Shown: one piece after another, positions 10,306 through 19,687 of the stretch | Layout: each line of letters starts with the position of its first letter | How positions within the stretch are numbered: position 1 is the first letter of the stretch | Position numbers and translations under genes: made by a program | Notes under the pieces: model-generated | The model's database searches: none | What the model was told of the DNA's origin: nothing | What the model saw: the letters and a program-made list of their open reading frames with translations, nothing else | Source: Catajapyx aquilonaris | Lineage: Eukaryota | DNA length: 20,000 nucleotides | Assembly (NCBI GenBank): GCA_000934665.2 | Contig: KZ538491.1 | Location: 46,584-66,583, forward strand | Direction: 5' to 3'

Positions 10306-11131
10306 TAATATGGAATAGTATTGTTACCGTATTGCAGCATATTTTACTTTGTTGCTCCAGTTTGATATAACACTATTTTAATGATAAATAAATGAAAATA
10401 ACTATGTATAATGTATAACAGTGATGCGCGGTACTTTACCCGCACGGGAACGTTTAGATCTGTTAACAAAATGTGATACAAGTAAAAAAATATATATCTA
10501 CCACGCACTGACTAGCAAAAGAATGTTTTGTCTGATCATCCCTACACCCGCAAGCTGTATATACTCGTATATAGGTTACTCACATAACTGAGCACTGTAT
10601 AATTTTCGTACTTTTCAGAAGAATTACGTATTATTATCATTTTGCGACATGTACATTATTTTCTCAAACATTGCTCCGTGTGACAAGAGGACTTTATTGG
10701 GCCAGTTGCACCAGAGCAAAATGCAGGTTCAATAATTCCTACCAAGGGTAGACCAGTTCCTAAAACTGAATCTTGTGAGGAACTGTTGGTAAATCTTAGA
10801 ACAAGTGGTTTATATAATAATCTATGTTATTCACAAAGGATCATTACATCGATATTAACTTGTGCGAATTAATTAGCGAACATATAGCTGCATGGATCTA
10901 TGTTAATGCAGTTCTTTCGTTATTGTACAGTGTATTTTGATACACAGGTTCTAATTTCGCAATTATTCCACGCAATATAATTATTTTTTTCTGCTCATTT
11001 TCTTGCTACATTTACCTCATTGATATATCTGCAGGTAATGCTCAATTTAAAGAAATTGAAGATTCCGCTTTCAGACAGAAGCTTTTTGAAAATATTGCAT
11101 GCTCTTACAAAAATGCGTCCTTATACAGTAC

Positions 11132-11215
11132 CTCAGTAGGTGCGTCGAAGAAAGGTGCGAAGAGAGGCTCAGAAGCTGCACAAGAGGCACCCACAAAAGA
11201 CGCCGCAAAACTCAT
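11132..11215 (-). CDS. Hand: Hand probable exon 1 coding part
   Basis: ATG at 11215 gives MSFAASFVGASCAASEPLFAPFFDAPTE with phase-0 donor GAG|GTACTG, matching the phase-0 acceptor of exon 2. In-frame stop 54 nt upstream; GC-rich island with CCAAT boxes just upstream. Total CDS is 648 nt = 215 aa, typical HAND length. Confidence 0.7.
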
Positions 11216-11395
11216 CCTGACTCCAGTCACGTTGCCATCAGGTGCTGCTGGACACTGGCCATCCGTCCCTCAACACCACAACCGATCTGGTGCAGCTGAC
11301 GGTCCCAGAACGGCAACCATCCTCCATGGACCTTTTTTTTTTTGTTCCTTTTTTTTTGACGTGTTCCTCTTATTCCGACGCCTCCGACGCATCAT

Positions 11396-11476
11396 GGGCA
11401 CGCCCAGCATGTCGGAGGCATGCCCACTTGAGGCAGTCTGGCCAATGGAAGCTGCAGAGGACCAGCCAATCCCAAT
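11396..11476 (-). promoter_or_regulatory. Probable Hand proximal promoter
   Basis: Three CCAAT motifs (11442-46, 11466-70, 11472-76) and an NK2/Tinman consensus TCAAGTG (minus strand, 11431-11425), about 210-260 bp upstream of the proposed ATG. Confidence 0.5.
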
Positions 11477-14192
11477 AAGGTTCCTCTTCCACTCGGCACT
11501 AATTTGGGGAGACAATTTCGTAACGGATTGGGATGCTGGGGGCCATCAGCTGGGAGAATTATTGCGATATTTGGGATGATTCTGTGAAAGGCCGGGTTCG
11601 TTTTACTGCGAATTTTATGGGTGCTAAAATTGGACCGTTTCATCTGCTGTCAATGGAACTGGGAGAAAATAACTGCCTTATCGTTACTGTAGTAGTTTAG
11701 AAAATATAACTAGCTGCTACTTAATTATCATGTACGTGTTAAGCCTATATAAAAGACGTGTATTAAATTATTGCATATTATGGTTAATATTACCGCATCT
11801 CGAAAATACGTTTGGTCATAATTTTTTTAACAAAGAAAGTCCAAGAAATTTTCTATACATCAACATAATAATTATAAATTTATAACCATGCACGATGGAC
11901 ATGGGTTTAGTTCATACTACGATAGAGACAAACGCTACAATGTCTACATGAAATAAACAGTACCGGTATTCCCAAACTTGCAACCGTGTTTGGGAGAATA
12001 TTCCTATTCATAAAATAATATAAAAAGTAAATTGTACTAAACTTCCTCAACACTATAGCCGGCCAGAATGCATTAGAAAATTGCAGTGAAAAAAATGAGT
12101 TAAAAATAAAACTTCTGTTCTATTTTATGTAACTGAATACTGAACGATATTTTATAATACCTTCATTAGGTTAGGGTAGGTAGGACATGGGACATTTTTA
12201 GAGCGATTTTTAGTATCTCTTAAGTCAGTGTGATTTAAAAAAAAAACACACACACAATCGCCCATAACTTGTGCAAATCTGACTCGCACATAGAAAATCA
12301 AAATGACTGAAAATTTTGAGTAACTCAGAATAGATGGCAGAAACTACTCCAAATATTTTTGAGAGCGAACAGGTTGAATAGATTTACCCACAAGTTGCAC
12401 CCAAATGGGCCAAATGCAAGGGCTAGTGATGTTGGGTTAGTGAGAGGGTGGTGGGTGACTATGACCACTTCGGCGCCAGAAGGACGGGGTTCCCGCGCCT
12501 TCCGAGACGCGTCTTTTTTTCTTTCTTTTTTCACTTTTTGTTGCTCCTTTTTCCTCCCATCCACCCCCCTCTCTCTCAACGCAAGAGTCCCCCCCGGCGA
12601 ATGGCCCAAGGCTTGTCCTGCTAATGGCCCCAGGGAATGATGGGGGTCATTCGGGTGAACGGGGTGGGGTGGGATGGTGGAGCAGGTCTTGGGAAGGGTC
12701 ACCTCCCACCAACACCACCGGACTAAGCTGCACTTGACTTATCTCACAATAGGAAACAATTTTCCTGGGAAATACTAGTAGCCTCAATTAGGATGACATA
12801 TGGAAAGAAAAATGAGTTGTCGTGATTGTCGGTAACAGAAATGTGTCGGGTCGGAATGTGACCTCCCACTTCTAAGTCACACGCCGACATCTGAGAACGT
12901 GTCAGCTTCAAGAGAAGAAAATGGGATGGGTTTCCTTCCTTCATCCGAAAGGAAACGAGTGTTGATTTTTTTGGGGGGGTCTTTTGGGGCGGAGACATTG
13001 CGGTGCTTCTATAGATGCGGCTGTATATGAAGCAGGGAGGCTGATGGTTTGGATCCAACTCCAAATGGCTATTGCATCCGACAGCTAGCTCTCCCTTTAC
13101 ATCCACCCTCATCCAATTTCCACACTTGCACTAATTTCGCCATTATCAGGATGATGCACTCTGCCCATTGAAATTTTCTTGGTATGGCATGGAAAGTGCA
13201 GACACTGCTATAAACAATCATAATTAATAATTAATTACCGGTACACATAAAATTGGCTAGGAAACGTGTTGACTCATCACCAAAGTGCATGTAGTTACCA
13301 TAGTTACCGCGGAGTGGCAGTAGTGAACAAAGAGGAAGGATACGCGCCATCTATTGTACATTTTTGTGGTTATCAAAGTGGCACATTCCTATGAGAGAGT
13401 GAAAATCAGCAGTCTTATTGGAAGTGACTCGAGTGAGTGAAATACTTAAATGTTGAGGAAGGCGGAAAGATGGAGGGGGTTTTTCTAGTAGAGTATAGAG
13501 GGGGAGACCTAGAAGATTTACTGGGGGCAAATTTTTCACCTCATTACGTGTTGGCTGGGAGAGGAGTCGGATTGCCTCTGGAAGGACCCGAAGGCGCCTT
13601 CATCACTCACAGCTTTTTGGGGACCTCAGGGGTCACTCTATCCCTTCCTTCGACCCTCCTCAAAAAGGGGGGAAACCAAAACTCTTCACGCTAAATCATT
13701 TGCTTCACATGCTTCGCATACTCGGGCCTGGACTAATTGGCACGATTTATCACAACTATTTGCACCGGGGTCACCACCTCCTGGAAACAAACCACATTGT
13801 TATTTATACTTCCGCCTTCTGTACACAATTGACGTCTCTCTGAGTTTACCCAACCCATTTTTAGCATATTTGTAGTATACTACCAGTTTAGAGCCTAAAA
13901 ATTCATCTAAATATAGTCAATGATTGTCAACAATGTTAATGTTGCTTATAACTCTTTTGATTCAGTTATAATAATAGTTTTTGCATGTCATGAGGTGAGG
14001 TTATTGAAACTGCATAAATGATGCACCTGCGAGTCTAAAAGTAGGAAAGGGTGGGCCATGTGGCTTTTTAAGGCTTTTGGACTCGAGCCCAGAAATAGCC
14101 AGACCATCCACTTTGCCACCAAGAAAAGAAGAAAAAAAAAGACAAGAAAGAGAAAATTTCTGACTTCCAAAATTTTCCTATGCCCCCCCCCC

Positions 14193-14333
14193 NNNNNNNN
14201 NNNNNNNNNNNNNNNNNNNNNNNNNNNNNNNNNNNNNNNNNNNNNNNNNNNNNNNNNNNNNNNNNNNNNNNNNNNNNNNNNNNNNNNNNNNNNNNNNNNN
14301 NNNNNNNNNNNNNNNNNNNNNNNNNNNNNNNNN
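14193..14333. other. Assembly gap (141 N) flanked by poly-C runs
   Basis: N run bounded by C10 (14183-14192) and C12 (14334-14345). Confidence 0.99.
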
Positions 14334-14982
14334 CCCCCCCCCCCCCTACATAACCTTCTCCCCCAAAATTTTCGAGGGTGGGTTTTCCTTTTGAGCTTTT
14401 CCGACACACACTTATATCCTGGGAGGCTCTCGACTTCTAAGGATAAATCAAATCCTTTCCATTAGTAGGCTAGCCTCCAAAAAATAAGATCTTATCTGCA
14501 CTCATGTGAAACACATTATTTCTGTACATTTTCTCCAGGGGTTATGTGGGCCAGTTGTTGCAATGACGTCAAGAGTTTGGCGAAAGGCAGTTTGAGCGAC
14601 TATAAAAGAGATAATAAGGCTGGCTTTGGGTTGGCTTCTGGTGTCTGCTGTGTTCAAATGAGCAGTTTTGGGGGGTGGGAGAGGATGGCCAGAGGGGGGG
14701 CCATGGGGGCGTCTGCTTATTCTCCAGAAACCCCTACTGTGACGTCACATTGTGGCGCGTGCCGAGTTCCGTCATTTGCATAATGAATACATTTGTTACA
14801 AGCCTGGTTTCTACAGCATTTTAACTGACCTTTCAGATAATGGCTGTTTTATTAATATTTGCACTCTTCGTGATTAGACACTAGGTCCATTTGCAGGCAG
14901 ACGTCCTCAAACAATGCAGTATATGTTTCTGATATCATATGCACGTACAGAAAAGGGACAAATAATATAAAAGAACAAGTTA

Positions 14983-15114
14983 GGCCCGGTTTCACAGAGC
15001 TCGGTATATGATAAAACCAAGTTTCTTTAGGAAAATCCATACAAATATGTAGGGATTTTCCGAAAGAAACCTGGTTTTATCATATACCGAGCTCAGTGAA
15101 ACCGGCCGCGGCCC
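14983..15114. mobile_element. Fold-back Tourist-like (PIF/Harbinger) MITE
   Basis: 58-nt arms at 14986-15043 and 15048-15105 (4 mismatches, 4-nt loop). Terminus GGCCCGGTTTCACAG; TTA on both sides (14980-82, 15115-17) as putative TSD. Confidence 0.75.
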
Positions 15115-15500
15115 TTAGTGTAATAAAGAAAATAAAACAGGCATTGCAATTTTCAAATTATTTTCTCTACATTAACTATTAATAAGAATGTAAATATAAA
15201 AATATGTATGGATTCATATTTTCCTGACAAAACACTGTAATACTGCATACGGTACTGTACTATATAATATCAAGATTATTACACCTATACCAGTATCAGA
15301 AAAAGGACATTACACATACGTAATGTGCTGTAAGGATAAGGGGACTTTCAATTACACAAACTAGTCTTCAATATCCACATATATGGCTTTATTGTGAATA
15401 TATAGGCACACAACATCTCAACTGTAAGTATAGTACAAAAATAATTGGAAGTCACACATAAATGCTATCTCTATGCTCATCATTATAGGCGGTTGTTTTT

Positions 15501-15673
15501 TTAGTAGGCAAAGCGGAGTCTGGGGGAGTAGCCCAGCTTGTCCAGGTTCGGATTGCAGGCAAAGTTGATCATTGGGGGTGGTCCGCAGAGAAGGACCACT
15601 GTGTCATCCGCAGGAGGAAAGAGGTGGTCGCTGATCATCTCTGCAGATACGAACCCAACGGAGTGCTTCCAAC
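15501..15673 (-). CDS. CYB5R: NADH-cytochrome b5 reductase, last exon
   Basis: (G)WKHSVGFVSAEMISDHLFPPADDTVVLLCGPPPMINFACNPNLDKLGYSPRLRFAY* includes the CGPPPM motif. Acceptor atacag. Confidence 0.95.
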
Positions 15674-16014
15674 CTGTATTTGGAGCCACAAACGTATGGC
15701 TTAGTAAGCAATCTAGCTCTATGAAATGTGATGGACATTTAAATCTTTCCCTCAATTGTACTGCATTAGTACTTAATATGTCAGAAACTAATGGCTTTTC
15801 CTACTAACATTTGGAGTCATTTTCATGACTGAACCATGAATTGCTCCATACTGGGAAGATGAGTTATACCTCATTGAAATACAACTATTTCTGCTTCATA
15901 TTCTATGTTTTTTACACAGGAAGAACCATATCATGAATACCTCCCATGAGGTACAGTAGACTATACAGTGAAATAAGAAACTTGCAAAAAACGTATGTCC
16001 CAAAATATTCTTAC

Positions 16015-16768
16015 CTTCGGTGGGTCTGTCCACAGTGTACCATACTTTGAAGGCATCTGGATTGGTTGCAGCAACGGCATCAAGCTCATCTCTCAAGAGA
16101 ATATCATCTGGTGTCTGGTTAGCAAACAGTAGTGACATCTTGGTATTGTCGTCTGCATCTCTGATCACCTTCCTCACCAGCTGGAGCATGGGTGTGATCC
16201 CAGTCCCACCAGCAATCAAGTTCACTTTGGCCACTTTAATTTTCGCAGGAGGTGACTTCTTATCTGGTCGCACCTGGAAGCAGCCCATCCCAGTGTAGAC
16301 CAAGAGTCCAGATGGCCCCCTGACATCTATGGTGTCACCAATGGCCATGGATTCCAAATGCTGGCTCATCTTCCCGCCCTCAGGGAACTTCGGATGAACA
16401 TCTTTGAAGTAGACTTTGATGACCAGGTCCATATGACCCCGGTCCTTCTCTTCCTCGTCGCTGGACACTGGGGTGTAAGGTCGCACAACCAGGTTCCCAT
16501 TGATCCGTGCAGACAGGTAAATGTGCTGGCCTGTAGGCAGCCCTAGGCAATGTTTCGGCGAGGGTAGGGCAAATCGGAACCGACGTGTGTCATGGCTCAC
16601 GTTCTCTTTCTCCACCAGGCGTAAGGGGTATTTGGTGTCTGGATCGAGCAGTGCTTTTGGGGGTTCAGCAGAGCGACTGCCTCCTCCATTTCGGCGGCGA
16701 CTCAGATAGAATTTGGCAAGGACAGCGGTCACCACTACAACAGCCAGCCCAACCACTACAGGGCCTGC
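16015..16768 (-). CDS. CYB5R: NADH-cytochrome b5 reductase (CYB5R1/2/3 family), main exon
   Basis: N-terminal hydrophobic anchor, FAD-binding RPYTP and GKMS motifs, NADH-binding GGTGITPM. Acceptor ttttcag (phase 0), donor G|GTAAGA (phase 1). Confidence 0.96.
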
Positions 16769-17391
16769 CTGAAAAATTTATAATCTTATAAGCCACACAA
16801 TGTAAATAATCTAAAGGAACCTTAAGAGCGCACTGGAGCAAAATAGGACAAAAAGTGCACATACACCTTGCATTTATAGGCAAGGTCAACAGGTTTAAAC
16901 GTCGCAAACATGGTTAGATGAAATTGTGTTGCGAGTAAAGTGCAAACCAAAATAATGTCAGTGTAGAAATTTTATCAGGCAAGAGGAGAACGAATCTTTG
17001 CAAAGGGCCAATAAAACGCACCCATGAACAGGCGGTTACTTCCCACAAGTGCAATTTCCGGCTCTCCATCACACATTGCTTTTCTTTCTCTCTTGAAAAA
17101 AGTAATTTTATTGGCACTTATATAACTGCAATTTCTGCTGATCACTGTAGAAAACAAACCACCTGTCCTTCCGCAACACATTTGTAGAAACACATAACGC
17201 AAATTATTGAGAATGTACCAATAACATGACATCAACTACCGTACTGCTTTAAAATATGCATTTTACTGCTACATTTGAGAAGAAAATATTTCAGTAAAAT
17301 TGTCACTAATAACAATTTGCCTGATACGACCATTTTAATGTACGGTAATGAAATTGATTTTATTTGACCTAATCATATACCGTGGGATGTC

Positions 17392-17392
<1 letters not shown>

Positions 17393-17446
<54 letters not shown>
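17393..17446. repeat. (ATT)18 microsatellite in CYB5R intron 1
   Basis: Perfect trinucleotide run, 54 nt. Confidence 0.98.
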
Positions 17447-17447
<1 letters not shown>

Positions 17448-17655
17448 CCCAACCTGGCATATTGACAGCGCCAGTAACAAAAATATCATTAATTTCACAG
17501 TAAAATGCATTGAAAAATATCGTATGACCTGCTAACATACAACAAGACAATCCAATCCTGATTACAATCCATGATTTGCAAATACTGCATTTTTTAAAAC
17601 TATTTTTACAAAGTGAAACCTGTACATTGCAGTCTTGCAAATAACGACAACTCAC

Positions 17656-17670
17656 TTTGGCTAGATCCAT
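17656..17670 (-). CDS. CYB5R: Cytochrome b5 reductase probable first coding mini-exon (MDLAK)
   Basis: caacATGG start context and strong phase-0 donor AAA|GTGAGT, splicing in frame to [11 protein letters not shown]. Total CDS is 942 nt = 313 aa. Confidence 0.7.
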
Positions 17671-18352
17671 GTTGCGGCCTATGGTCACCTTCAATTAGAG
17701 ACGCCCAAAAGGTGCTTTAATTTGTGCACCTCCTAGTGAAGTGCAAAAAGGCGTGTGTGATTGCGGTACTTTTGTGCCCTTCGATTTTTATTATGCAATT
17801 GCAGAAAATTGTGCTGATTGCATATCGGTAACGACTCCAAACACTACCAACATCAATACCTGCGCTCCAAACCTTATGTCATAATTTTTGCGTGCTAAAT
17901 TAAATATTTCGGTTCACTTGTTAAAAATCGTACTAATTATGCATATTGATTAGAAAATTTAATTTGCCACTAGATGTCAGAAGCAGCGTGAAATTATGCG
18001 ACATCTGTTGTGAGCATTTCAAAGTTCTTTATCAGTTATTTTGAACCAAGTTTTGAACACAATATTTAATTACTGTAAATACTTAAAAAGTTGATTTTTA
18101 AATATAATTTAGCCCCGATACAACAGTGCAGCTGTAAAACAATTTGTGTTTGAGTCGGTGCGAGTTCGGACAGGGCGGAAGTGACGTTTGGATTGAACGC
18201 CATGAAAAGACGCCATAGCCTTTTCAGGGAGTGAGTCAGGAGATCGGGAGGAAGATCTTTTTTTTTAACAGTTCGAGACCAAGTTTTCAACAGAGTTTTA
18301 TCTGCGTGTCAGTGGTTGGAAGAAGGTGTCGGTGCGTCGAAGGGAGGCTGCG
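17671..18352. promoter_or_regulatory. Bidirectional promoter region between CYB5R (-) and API5 (+)
   Basis: Divergent start codons are 682 bp apart. Contains overlapping ETS/CRE-half CGGAAGTGACGT (18176-18187), two CGCCAT YY1-like cores (~18199-18216) and a CTCF-like CCACTAGATGTCAG (17967-17980). Confidence 0.65.
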
Positions 18353-18427
18353 ATGGCTGGTTCCGACAACATCGAGAAGTTGTACAAGAACTGTGAGCTT
18401 CTGTCCACCGCAGAGGATAAAGGAAAG
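18353..18427 (+). CDS. API5: Apoptosis inhibitor 5, exon 1
   Basis: MAGSDNIEKLYKNCELLSTAEDKGK, cf. API5 MPTVEELYRNYGILADA. Phase-0 donor AAG|GTACGA. Confidence 0.88.
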
Positions 18428-18566
18428 GTACGATTCGCCGGCGGGAGTCTGCAACGGGGAAATGATTTTAACTAATTTTTTTTTCTTTTACTTTTGTAAA
18501 TGTTTGGGGATGGAACCAGGAATAATAATTAATTGGTATGAACCGGCTTGAAATAATTGCGATCCT

Positions 18567-18569
<3 letters not shown>

Positions 18570-18620
<51 letters not shown>
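18570..18620. repeat. (AAT)17 microsatellite in API5 intron 1
   Basis: Perfect trinucleotide run, 51 nt. Confidence 0.98.
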
Positions 18621-18621
<1 letters not shown>

Positions 18622-18622
<1 letters not shown>

Positions 18623-18937
18623 AGTAAAACCCCGGTTATCCGTCACCCACAAAACCGGGTCATGATGGTCGGAACACAAAAAAGGTCAGCTAATCCGAGG
18701 AGCAACGAAAACTTTAATGAGACACAAAAAACAGATAAAAATATGAAATGTACCATCACGGTTTTGTAAGAAATAGCAAAGTATTTTTCTTTTACATACG
18801 CACTGTACAGGATTTACAATTTAACTAAGGATTACAAAACAAATGTGTAGTACATTACAAGATTTGATGAGAAAACAGATTATTGCTTGCGTGGGACGGT
18901 CGCATAAACCGAGGATTCGGATCATCCATGTCTACTG
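18622..18937. mobile_element. Degenerate Tigger/pogo-like MITE in API5 intron 1
   Basis: TA|CAGTAAAACCCCGGTTATCCG left end, and a diverged right end CGGATCATCCATGTCTACTG|TA. Confidence 0.5.
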
Positions 18938-19127
18938 TAATATTAATGTCGAAATGTAGACTGTGTGTGTGGTGTGGAGTGATGTGGAGTGATGACTTGG
19001 CGGGGTGCACCTTGATCAAATTAATAATAACAATGAGAATAATAATGACTACATCAAAATTATGAAGGTTGTGTAATTCGTTGCGGTCATAATAATGTGT
19101 GTAATTGTGATCTTGTTTTCCTTTCAG

Positions 19128-19289
19128 CATGAAGCTGAGTATATGGAGATATTGGAAGCGGTGAAGGGTTCATCCAATGAGAAGAGGCTGGCCTCACAGT
19201 TAATCGCAAGGTTTTTCAGGCATTTTCCACGGCTGGCGGAAAAGGCCATTGATGCGCATCTGGATCTGTGTGAAGATGATAGCGTGGCT
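19128..19289 (+). CDS. API5: Apoptosis inhibitor 5, exon 2 (gene continues beyond window)
   Basis: HEAEYMEILEAVKGSSNEKRLASQLIARFFRHFPRLAEKAIDAHLDLCEDDSVA, cf. API5 HKDAYQVILDGVKGGTKEKRLAAQFIPKFFKHFPELADSAINAQLDLCEDEDVS. Acceptor ctttcag, donor GCT|GTAAGA. Confidence 0.95.
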
Positions 19290-19687
19290 GTAAGAGAGGA
19301 ATAAATTTTCGTACATATTTTGCATGCCGGTTCAAGGCCAGTCAGAACGTACAAGTGATATGCTGCGTTAGGTTTTGAAGCAAAGGATGTTTTATCAGAT
19401 AGATATTTCATGATATCCTAACAGTAATTGCCTTGCACTTACGCAATTTCTTTGATCACATGCAAAATGCAGTGATGACGCAGCTTTTCAAGCATGTGCA
19501 TTTACAGATACTGAAGAAATGGATACACTTCTCAAAAGGGATGAATATCTTAGTTTCAAATGCAGTGGGCCAGGTTGTTTTCCCCAGAAATGTATAATTA
19601 GTGGTTAACCCTTTGATGACGGAGTTTTTGAAGGATTGCATTACCCCAGGGCCTGAGTTTTTTTCCCCCCTTTTCCGGAAATTTTAT

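Noticed and set aside
10699..10713. Harbinger-like TIR GGGCCAGTTGCACCA
   Set aside because: No matching inverted partner or TSD found.
11270..11515. Minus-strand ORF with basic stretch RRRRRNKRNTSKKKEQKKK resembling a second Hand basic region
   Set aside because: The lysine run derives from poly-A tracts, no HLH follows, and the ORF overlaps the presumptive promoter/5' UTR.
12166..12184. TTAGG-like telomeric repeats
   Set aside because: Only two exact and two degenerate units; too short to call interstitial telomere.
12325..13112. ORFs of 93-125 aa upstream of Hand
   Set aside because: Low-complexity, homopolymer-driven translations with no recognisable domain or exon boundaries.
13988..14465. 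ORFs spanning the N gap
   Set aside because: Artefacts of translating through Ns.
16975..17025. MGAFYW... as a myristoylated alternative CYB5R N-terminus
   Set aside because: It runs into a stop with no usable splice donor. The MDLAK exon has a far better donor and phase.
19466..19565. Possible C/D snoRNA in API5 intron 2 (GTGATGA 19472-78, CTGA 19511-14)
   Set aside because: The boxes are too close for a C-D pair, and I found no downstream box D with a terminal stem.
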